The notes under the pieces are model-generated. The model saw only the letters and a list, made by a program, of their open reading frames with translations. It did no database searches and was not told where the DNA came from. The position numbers and the translations under genes are program-made. A stretch of 63,786 bases of DNA, the filler included, from Kipferlia bialata (Eukaryota), in the NCBI GenBank assembly GCA_003568945.1. It is 6 parts of 6 records of this genome, joined end to end, with 100 filler letters (N's around TTAATTAATTAA, not from the genome) between each part and the next. Parts side by side here need not be neighbours in the genome. Positions count along the whole stretch, not along the records: positions 16,492 to 32,840 come from BDIP01000613.1; positions 32,941 to 49,260 come from BDIP01000614.1; 4 more parts are not named here. One strand, 5' to 3'. Numbering within the stretch: the stretch's first letter is position 1; the number at the start of each line of letters is the position of its first letter. Below are positions 26,607 through 36,207 of this stretch, one piece after another.

Positions 26607-27753
26607 GCTGCGCTGACCAAGGCCGCCAAGGAGGCCGCCAACCTCGCCAACCTCAATGAGGACATCGCAAGGGTGCTGCGCATAGCGGCTCTTCCAATGC
26701 CAGAGAGGTTGGTAGCTATGACCCATGGCGGGCTCATCAGTGTCCTATTCAATACTAGTGGTGGATGCTCTCTGAGCCTGTCAATGTTTCAATTGTTCTT
26801 GTACTGATCAAGGATATTTAGTGATACAGATACTGTTACATGTGTGTTGTGCACCCTGACCTCAGACGCACTGCCGTGACCCAGCTTGTGGCCGAGAGGG
26901 CAGAGAGGGAGAAGACTCAAGCCTCGGCAGAGCAGCAGGCAAAGGTACCACTCGGTATTCACAATCTCTTCAAAAACGGTCAGTATTGGCTTTTGTTAGA
27001 TTTCTTTTCAAGTGATAGCCTGTATCACTGCTTCAATGGTATTTCTTTACTGGGTACCAACACCTATATGCATATAGGTGTATTGGCTGAGTGTGTGTGA
27101 ATGAGACTGACACCCAGTCTCAGATCATGGCCGCGAAGCGGGACGAGAGAGACAGAGAGAGAGAGAGAGCTGGCAGAGCCGCTGAGGCCAGCGCCGAGCT
27201 TAGCAGACTCAGGTGTCCTCATATATCATGAATCTCAGTGGAGTATTCTTGTATCTGAACTATTCTGACATAGATGATTACTGCTAGTCTATTCATGTGA
27301 ATGAGTCACAAACACCCCCCACCCCTCTCCCTTTCCTGACCCCCCAGGGCTGCCCAACTCAGACACGGGTCATTGGCAGACCTTGCACGGAGGTCCCAGG
27401 AGCTACAGGTTTGATTGTGTTTGTGTTCATATTTGTCTGTGAACCCCTTTCACTACATGGTGTATTTGGACGTGTCCACCGTTATCTTGGTGGTTGTGGT
27501 TGTGCACGCATTCCCAGCTAATTCTAGGTGCTGCTGGCTGCCAAGCAAGAGGCAGATGTGCCACGTATCAAGTATCTCCGCCGGATATCGGAGCTGAGTG
27601 TCTCTGTCATGAGGTATCGTGATGATTAGGCATAGTGGCTTCGCCTGTCTATCTAGTATGTTTTCCCATCCCCTCTTTCTAACCCCAGACAGGACACCGA
27701 CATGTCCTCTCTGCTGGAGGAGGCCTCGGCTCTGAAGGACAAGGTACCTGAGA
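26607..27753 (+). CDS. Coiled-coil protein, internal exons only
   Basis: GT-AG-bounded exons encode AALTKAAKEAANLANLNEDIAR, RTAVTQLVAERAEREKTQASAEQQAK, IMAAKRDERDRERERAGRAAEASAELSRLR and SSLLEEASALKDK. No start or stop was identified. Confidence 0.6.
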
Positions 27754-27919
27754 GTATATCGACGCTGGTATTGTTGCATCCGATCCCCCCCCCCCTCCCC
27801 CCCCCCCCCCCCCCCCCCCCCCCTCCTCCCTCCTCCCCCTGTGGAAGTATAGACAAAGAGATTAATGTGCTCCTAGGTATCCCCAGAGTCCAATGTATAC
27901 TACAGACACATGCACGTAC

Positions 27920-28633
27920 GGTATCTGCACCGGGGGGTCTGCCATATGCTTCAAAAGCTCATGGTCTAGGCCAGCCTGGGGCCTAGGGTCAGGGTAGGGG
28001 GGGGGGGTAGGACCGACATCCGTGGAAACTGGAAAGGCAAGTCCGATTCACACTGTGTATACGAATGTATATAGAGATGAAGGATGACAATGTACAGAAG
28101 AGGACCCAACAGCCACTCAGAATTCCAGAGGCAACCACCTCCCACTCCCACCCCATGCACACACACAAGTATACTATAACCACCAACCTGCTGCTGCTCC
28201 CGCTGAACCTACTGGATGCACTCAGAGACCCATCCTGCAGAGGGGTCTTGTCCCCCACCCGGGATGTCCTGATCCTGGTACGCCTGGGTGACATGGGGCC
28301 CTGGGGCTGGCCGGGGGGGGCCTGGAACCGCCTCACCATGCCGGACCTGGGTGACGCGCTGACCCCACTGGGCCTCCTGGGGGTACGTGACCCCCCCATG
28401 GGTGGGCGCGGCTGGTGGTGCGAGGACACCCCTGGCCGCCTGGGGCTGCACCCGTAGTGGCTATAGATGCCGTGTGTCCGCGCTGACACTGGGGCGTCTG
28501 GGGCCCTTGGCACTGTGTTGGCCAGGTCCATGTTCACTCCCTTGAGGGGAGAGGAAGGAGCGGCATCAGTGAGCGGCAGAGTGAGATCGTCCTCATGAAG
28601 AGTACCGCTCCTGAGGCTCTCTATCCCAGACAT
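27920..28633 (-). CDS. Hypothetical protein, disordered Pro/Ser/Arg-rich N-terminus with several S/T-P-x-R motifs; 3' part unresolved
   Basis: ATG at 28633, GC-rich exon to about 28187, then a second exon of about 27983-27920 (PQAGLDHELLKHMADPPVQIP) with canonical splice sites. Confidence 0.55.
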
Positions 28634-28992
28634 TCAGTGCTCCGGGTACCTGCAAAGAGTATCTGTCCCGCTATGGGTCCTCTACTCTTGGCGATACGCT
28701 GTAAGAGGGCAGTGTGAGGTCCTCTGATTCTTAGAGTTCTGTTTTTGTCTGTTCGTGTGAATTAGGGGTCCGGTGCTATATTTTCCACTTCATTGTGCTG
28801 TGACAAGATAATGCTCTACCAATGGGGGACTTTTACCAGCGGCCCAGTCCACACATCTTGACGTCTCGAAGATCACCCATGAGCCTCTCATCTATTCTTG
28901 CCACTTCAAATCATTCACTTCGCCCTCTTGCATCAAGAGACGACTGCACTATCACTGCTTCTCATTCGCATCTGCCGTCCTTCGGCTCTCCC

Positions 28993-30365
28993 CTACTCCA
29001 TCTCATCCACCTCATCCCTTGTCATATATGCCTGGATAGCTGGTAGGGCGGTGAATGCCGTGTGTAGCTCCTCCAGAGCAGGGAAGTCGCTCAGCTAGGA
29101 GTGAGTACAGTCTCCGATGTCTGATATATGAGGTTGCCTCAATACCCATGATATTCAGACTGTACATACCTTTATGAACCCCCTCTTAACCAGGGTGCTG
29201 AGAATTGCCACAGCAATGCAGTCGACGTAGGTTGGGGTGTCACCGGCAAAGAAGGGGCTGTTGGTGAGGGTGGGGCGGAGAGGTGGTAGTTCCCCGAGAC
29301 ACAATGACATTCGTGCATCACGAATAATTCGTGAGAAGTCAATAGAACGTACCCGTGCTCCTTGGCCACCATCCTGTCCACATAGGACAGGCCTATCATC
29401 CTGCTGGAGACCAGGCTGGGCTCCTCGGTCTCCCTAGGAATGAGAGGGGTGTGATCTTGTATAGTACGACCAATGGTCGTTATGCAAGATTGTCGTCCAC
29501 CATTAGGAATTGCCATCATCACGAGAGTAACAACAGAATTGTCTCTACTCGACTACTCGACTACATATAGACATGAAGTGACGTACTTGATATATCCTCT
29601 GAACACATAGTACATCAGGTCCTGGATGGAGGCCAACTCAGCCACCACCATCTGGCCCTCATAGGCTCTGAGGTCGTCGGAGGGGACTAGACCCAGCTGG
29701 GTGTGGGGAATGGCTGGAGTGCATTGTACATGGGCTACAAGTCCATAACCATAGAGTGGTTGAAGTACTGCACATAGACGATATGAACTGCCACCTTGTT
29801 GGCACAGTATCTCTGGATGACTGCACTCTGGACCAGAACAAGGCCAGTGTCACCGTCCTAGAGTGAGTCGGGAAAGACAGGTACTGCATAGTCTATACAG
29901 TATAGACTGGATAGGTTCGATGTTCCAGTGGGAGTATGCTACAGACTCAGAGAGAGTCGTTCAGAGAGAGTCGTTGCACTCACCACAAACTGTGGCAGCT
30001 GTGAGAATGGCAGCTCCCCCGATGCCGTCATCCTGGGCTTGATGTCAGACAGCCACTCCTCCTTGCTAGGGGTGAGGGTGGGTCACGTAGGTATCATGTA
30101 CACATATACAAGTATCCACACAACCCATGGGTCCCCACCTAGGTACCGTCATGTCCTCTAGAGCCACCCCTGCCAGTGCGTACATGAGGCGGACGGCCTC
30201 AGCCCTACCAGGGACGTTGAAGTATCTGAGAGGTGAGGTAGGTACTGTAGGTGTTGCGGTATAGTGATGCTAGGTGGCACCAGAGTCACAGTCTTTGAAG
30301 AATACCATATACCGCGTAAGAGTTCAACCATATTCTATTCGGACTCACAGGAGGGAATCTGTCAT
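28993..30365 (-). CDS. Cytosolic glutathione S-transferase (Tyr-type, sigma/alpha-like), about 8 exons
   Basis: Splices to MTDSLLYFNVPGRAEAVRLMYALAGVALED..GELPFSQLP..LVQSAVIQRY..PFFAGDTPTYVDCIAV..LSDFPALEELHTAFTALPAIQAYM..* These match the GST N-terminal (YF..GRAE, PFxQLP, QS) and C-terminal (GD..TY.D) motifs. Confidence 0.85.
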
Positions 30366-30747
30366 TCTTCGCTGAAGAGGCGAATGCGTATAGGAGCTCT
30401 GTTGCTGTCCAAAGGTCTTCTGAGAAGGTGGGATCCAGAGGCTTTCTTTTGGAGCAGGGACGTTTTCTGTTCCACAACTACCATATGATACATTATGGGA
30501 CCGGTGCCATAGGGCATATATGGAGGTAATTTTTGTAGTAACATACTTGTATACATAGGCATATACATGGATAGAAACGACAGTGGCGCCTAGATCTATT
30601 CTTAGCTAGCCCCCCATAACACTCACTCACACAGACACACACAGACACACACACAGACACACAATCCCACTCGCAATCGCTTCTTCGCCAGTACTCCCCC
30701 ACCAAGGGTCCCTCACTCACTCCCATATTGTCTACTCCTCTCCACCT

Positions 30748-32486
30748 CTAGTACTTGTCGAGGTACCTCTCGATCTCCCACTGGTGCACCGTGGTGTTGT
30801 ACTTGTCGCTGTCGATGTCGCACAGCCTGGTGAGGTGGTCCACCACATGGTCACCCAGTGTGCGGCACACCAGGTCACTCCTGAGCAGGGCTGTGTTTGC
30901 CTCACTCAGCGACCCAGGCAGGTTGGCCACCCCCGCCTTCCTCCTCTCGGAGGGGGTCAGGCTGAAGATGTTGCCCACCAGCTGGGGTGGGGGGGTCAGG
31001 CGGGACTCAACGCCGTCCATGCCTGGCAGTGAGTACAGAGGGGTATAGGCTAGGTGACACATATGGACATGTCCACTGTAATGGTAACACACCTGCGTCG
31101 AGGATGGCTGCAAAGGCCAGGTATGGATTGGCGGTGGGGTCGGGGGAACGCAGCTCAATGCGAGTGCTCTGGCCCCTGGGGTGAGACATATAGACATTGC
31201 ATAAGAGATGATGTGACCATAGAGACCGAGACCCTACATGACACAGACCCATACCTTGGGGCAGGGACCCTCACCAGGGCTGTGCGGTTGGATGTGCTCC
31301 ATGCGATGTAGACCGGGGCCTCGTACCCTGGCACCAGCCTCTTGTAGCTGTTGATGGTGGGGTTGGCCAGGCGGGTGATGGCAGGCACATGCTCCAGCAC
31401 ACCTGTACATCAGAGTCTGCCACAGGTGGATATAGACACGTATACATACACACCACCGTACCTGCGATGAAGTGCTGGGCCACGTCGGACAGCTCCAGGT
31501 CGGCACTGGGATCGTGGAACACGTTGTGCCCATCCTTGAACAGAGAGCAGTTGACGTGCATGCCACTTCCGTTGATGCCCCCGACAGGCTTGGCCTGGGG
31601 TGGGGGGGGGGACTGGTAGTACACAGTGTAGAGAGATGACACCCCGTACCATGAAGGAGCAGTGCTTGTGGTGCTGCAGGGCAATGGTCTTGGCCACGAA
31701 TCTGAATGTGATCACGGCATCGGCTGTGCTAAGTGCATCGGCATACTGCGGGTCAGGGTGTTGGCAGTAGTATATATACATGCACCCATGCACCCATATA
31801 GAGACATGCCCCCACCTTGAAGTCGATCTCGTGCTGGGAGGGGGCAACCTCGTGGTGGGCGGCCTGGGGTGAGGGAGACGTGGAAGGGGAGGGAGATAGA
31901 GAGGGAGAGACATGAGTGGATATATCACAGCCGGAGTACATGTGATGCAGTGTACCTCAATATCGAAGTCCATGTCACTGAGGGCAAGCACAATGTCACG
32001 TCTGGGGGTCAGTGCACAGACAAGATGGGTATATATCACATAACCAGTATTAGCCCCACCTGATGTTCTCGTTGAGGTCTGTGGGGGCCAGGTCAAAGTA
32101 CCCACCGTTGTCGAGCAGGTCTTGGGGTGAGACAGAGAGGGAGAGAGAGCCAAGGGTATAAGGCAACCTGGCCCAATCCCTGTTGTATTTGTTATACATA
32201 CCTGTTGTTGCCTTCCCATTCTTGATGTCGAACAAGAAGAACTCCAGCTCGGGGCCTGTGTTGAACTCATACCCTAGGGCAGCTGCCCTGGCCACCGCCT
32301 TCTTGAGGATGTAGCCTGGGGGTAAGGGGTGTGTGTGTGGAGTGTATATGCATGTGTGGTTGTACGTACGTGGGTCTCCCTCGAAGGGTACTCCGTTCTG
32401 GTAGACATCACAGATGAACCTGGCCTCCTGGTGCCTGTTCTGACATTTAGAGAAGAGAGAAAGAGGGAGAAAGAGAGAGAGAGAGA

Positions 32487-32523
<37 letters not shown>

Positions 32524-32777
32524 AGAGAGGTTGTAGACATGTGCCACACCCAGTACCTGCCAGGGGAGGGTGTTGTAGGTGGACAGGTCAGGCTTGAGGA
32601 CCATGTCACTCTCCTCGATCCTTGGGGTGAGGAGGGGGAGAGAGAGAGAGAGAGAGAGAGAGACAAATAGAGAGACTAAGAGTACTTACATAATGTGTAT
32701 GTGTGCTTGTGTACCTTGCGAACCCCAGGACAGAGCTGCCATCGAAGCCAATGCCCTCGGTCAGGGCCTTCTCGGCC
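30748..32777 (-). CDS. glnA: Glutamine synthetase type I (GSI-alpha-like), about 12 exons, 5' truncated at contig end
   Basis: [133 protein letters not shown]. Confidence 0.95.
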
Positions 32778-32785
32778 TTGTGGGT

Positions 32786-32840
<55 letters not shown>

Positions 32841-32940
32841 NNNNNNNNNNNNNNNNNNNNNNNNNNNNNNNNNNNNNNNNNNNNTTAATTAATTAANNNN
32901 NNNNNNNNNNNNNNNNNNNNNNNNNNNNNNNNNNNNNNNN
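32841..32940. other. Artificial contig spacer
   Basis: N44-TTAATTAATTAA-N44. Confidence 0.97.
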
Positions 32941-33321
32941 AGCGTTTCACACCGTCTTAGGGCAAATCGCCTTAGGGCGTTTACCTCCAAACTCCAGTGA
33001 GATTCTTCTGAGAGAGGTATTCAATGAATTACGCATTCATCCTCTGTAGGCAACTAGAGATCAGGAGGTACACAGTGTTAAACTGTACCCTACACTAATG
33101 GTTTACTTGTCCTCACATAGGATCGCCGTTGCAGTCTATTTGTCGATACACCAAACTCATGAGCTCAATTTACTACTTGCACTCGTCCCACCCTATATGG
33201 TTTCAAACTCCCCTGGTGCGACGTACGCATCTCCCTCAGTTTTGAAACAGTACTATCAATGTCTATTGAAGAAGAGTCTATTGCTTCTAGAAGAGAATTC
33301 CCTCTTGGCAATCGCCTTATC

Positions 33322-34293
33322 CTATAAAGATCCAAACTCCCCTGGTGCGACGTACTCATCACCCCCAGGCACCTCTAGGTCCAGGACAGATACATAGTCA
33401 GTATTCTGCCCATGGTCACGCCCAAAGGACAATGCTGTGGTCTTTCCTATCATGTGGATTGAACGGAACCCCGACGGCCCATGCACCTCTCCTAGCCTCT
33501 TCCACTCCCCTGTAACCAGACCATACGAGAACACGGTGACTACGTTGAACTCACCGTGTTTCTGCTCTACTACAGGGACAATTATGTGGCGACTTGTGGC
33601 CGTCAGAGGCAAAGCGACCATACTGCCAGGAGGAAGGTGACAGATATCATAAGTGAAATCGCCGGTCCAGTATTCACACAATATAGGGCAGATTGTGTCA
33701 TCATACTCTCTCTGTGCCACATAGTAGACTGCGTCCTCCTTGACGACCCCATTTGTCATCGTGTCACATACACTCTCCCCATCAGGGTCACGAACTGTCT
33801 CCCAGCGTCTTCTCTCCACGTGCCATCTCTTTATGGAAGGGTAACATCGGCAAACGTGAGGTGCCAGGTTACGACCTAGAGCAAGAGACCCCATATACAG
33901 CACCCCATCTAGGTTAAATGACCCAACACGCATTGCCTGTCCCAAGCTATCAGTTCTGAGGTCTGTCCTCCACTGCCAGGTATCAAGGGAGAGAACGTGT
34001 AGCTGAGAATCTCCACTAGTCTCAGACTCGTGTATAAACACATACACCTCTCCAGAGACCACACTGGCGGTTGACGTGTCACCATTCAGACGAGCTTCAA
34101 GAGGGCACTCCCTCAACTCTTCTCTAAAGGACCCATCCTGGAGCCTCGTGACAATGAGGCAGAAGTTTCCCTCATCCGCTCTTCCGTTGATTTCCCCTAG
34201 CCACATCACTTGGTTGTAGGATATGGAAACAGAGACTCCCTTGGCACCGGGGTGATTCTTGAGAGAGAGGTGGGTTGCAGTGAGGCCGGTCAT
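33322..34293 (-). CDS. Intronless Kelch-like/beta-propeller family protein (paralogue A)
   Basis: Long open frame. The likely start is MTGLTATHLSL at 34293, matching paralogue B. Repeated blade-like motifs: GEVYVF..LHVLSLDTWQW, GVLYMG, FSYGLVTGEWKRLG. The fold is inferred. Confidence 0.75.
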   Translation of the reverse strand: MTGLTATHLSLKNHPGAKGVSVSISYNQVMWLGEINGRADEGNFCLIVTRLQDGSFREELRECPLEARLNGDTSTASVVSGEVYVFIHESETSGDSQLHVLSLDTWQWRTDLRTDSLGQAMRVGSFNLDGVLYMGSLALGRNLAPHVCRCYPSIKRWHVERRRWETVRDPDGESVCDTMTNGVVKEDAVYYVAQREYDDTICPILCEYWTGDFTYDICHLPPGSMVALPLTATSRHIIVPVVEQKHGEFNVVTVFSYGLVTGEWKRLGEVHGPSGFRSIHMIGKTTALSFGRDHGQNTDYVSVLDLEVPGGDEYVAPGEFGSL

Positions 34294-34880
34294 AATGAAT
34301 GGTCTCTCTACAAGATAGCGCTGGGCGCAGATACAGGTAGAGGTTGGAGGTAAGCAGTTGCAGGGGTGGTTAGCAGCTAGACTAGCGATGAGCCTGTGAA
34401 GAGTGTGCGGTTCTGCTGTATATCTCTTAGCTGCTAGGTCATCTGACAAAGATATCTTCACTGTAGCGAGTCACTAGTAGTGACAGTGTGGAGTTGATGA
34501 CTTGACACGTTCAACTCTACAGCGAATGTTTCAGCGGCAATGATATCCTCAAGGGGAGTATTCATACGTACCAGCATTTCTCAGGTATAGCCTCAAGCTC
34601 TGTTCCTACTCTATCACTATTTGAGTGCAGCAGAAACGATGGTGTCTTCAGAGTGTTCACTACCGTATATTAACCTCCACCAGCCTGATGGCACCATGCC
34701 AGCGTCACTGTAACAGTGACGGTATCTCTAGCAAATTGACAGTGTCAATTGAGGCTCTCAATTAGAGAGTCCCAACGAGAGGATGTTACAGTGCACACAT
34801 ACTCTCTATACTACCATCGCCAACCACCACAACGGACCATCACCTGCATCAAGACCTGTTTCTATTGAGACCTTTGCATT

Positions 34881-35825
34881 ATGACTGGCCTCACCGTGAC
34901 CCATCTCTCCTTTGAGAACCAGCCAGGTGCAGATGGAGTCTCTGTGTCCTTGTCCCACAACCAAGTGATGTGGATAGGGAATCTAGTTGGAAGAGCTGAC
35001 AACCACTGCATCATCATAACAAGACTCGAGGACGGGTCTTTCAGAGAAGAGTTGAGGGATTGTCCTATTGCAGTTTGCCTTGTGGATGGAGGCGCTACAG
35101 CGTGTCTGGTTAGTGGAGATGTCTTTGTGTTCATACACGAGTGCAACCCAGGGCAAGAGTCGCAATTACACATTCTGACACTGGATACCTGGGAGTGGAG
35201 GACTGAGGTCAAAACGCACGAATTCGGCAGAGCCTTTGGTATTGGGTCATTCAGCTTAGAGGGGGCGGTGTATATGGGGTCTTGTGTGGTTGGTAGTGAC
35301 CCTGGTACAGGTGTCCCATGCTTGAAGAGGTGGAGAAAGGACATCAGAAGCTGGGAGACAGTTCGTGACCCTGACGGCGATAGTGTATGTGACAGGATGA
35401 CTAAGGGTGTCGTGAAGGGAGATACTGTCTTCTATGTGGATCGAGATGGAGATGGAAAGATAACACTGTGTGGATATAGGGCCAGAGACTTTCCGTTCAA
35501 TATCTGTGACCTTCCAGGGGCGCCAAGGTTCTCTTTGCCTCTCACAGCCACAAGTCGCCACATAATTGTCCCAATAGTCGAGGAGAAACACGATGACCTC
35601 AACTTAGTCACCATGCTCTCGTATGGCCTGGTTACTGGGGAGTGGGAGAGGCTAGGTGAGGTTCGTGGACCTTCGGGATTCCACTCAATCCACATGATAG
35701 GAGAGACCACAGCGTTGTCTTTTGGATATGACCAAGGGGAGGACACGGATTACGTATCATTTCTGGATCTAGAGTTGCCTGGGGGAGATGACTATATCTC
35801 CGCATGTGATTTTGAGATGATCTAG
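34881..35825 (+). CDS. Intronless Kelch-like/beta-propeller family protein (paralogue B)
   Basis: 314-aa ORF alignable over its full length with paralogue A (ITRLEDGSFREELR, WETVRDPDG.SVCD, LPLTATSRHIIVP, GPSGF.SIHMIG.TTALSFG). Confidence 0.8.
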   Translation: MTGLTVTHLSFENQPGADGVSVSLSHNQVMWIGNLVGRADNHCIIITRLEDGSFREELRDCPIAVCLVDGGATACLVSGDVFVFIHECNPGQESQLHILTLDTWEWRTEVKTHEFGRAFGIGSFSLEGAVYMGSCVVGSDPGTGVPCLKRWRKDIRSWETVRDPDGDSVCDRMTKGVVKGDTVFYVDRDGDGKITLCGYRARDFPFNICDLPGAPRFSLPLTATSRHIIVPIVEEKHDDLNLVTMLSYGLVTGEWERLGEVRGPSGFHSIHMIGETTALSFGYDQGEDTDYVSFLDLELPGGDDYISACDFEMI

Positions 35826-36207
35826 GCTAGGTCTAGCCAAGATCATCTAGGACTCGGAAGACTGAGACGACTATATGTCACAGACATAAGAAAGACATAG
35901 TGTCAGCCGGTGACTCTGAGGCGCTATAGGAGCCAAAAAAGGCGCAAACGACACTTGTTGATGAAGACAAGGAACATAGAGTCTCTGTCATAGACTCTCT
36001 GGAGGTATTTTGTAAAAGGAGTTGGAATGGGTAATTGGATAGAACCACTCAGTCACTCATGTCCTACGAAAGAGGGCATCACCCCCGTGCTGCTAATATT
36101 TGACGATATTTCTTATTGGGTCACAGTCAATGGGCACAATGTGACATAGTCTATTGTCATGTGTCACGTTGAAGCCAGGAGTGAATGATAGAGCCCAAGT
36201 ATTCATT

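Noticed and set aside
84..26726. Many short ORFs rich in YIYI, SLSL or ERER
   Set aside because: These are translations of intronic (TA)n/(CT)n/(GA)n microsatellites.
28993..30750. Alternative genetic code (TAR = Gln as in hexamitid diplomonads)
   Set aside because: glnA and GST end in TAG at the expected C-termini, and the long exons contain no in-frame TAA/TAG.
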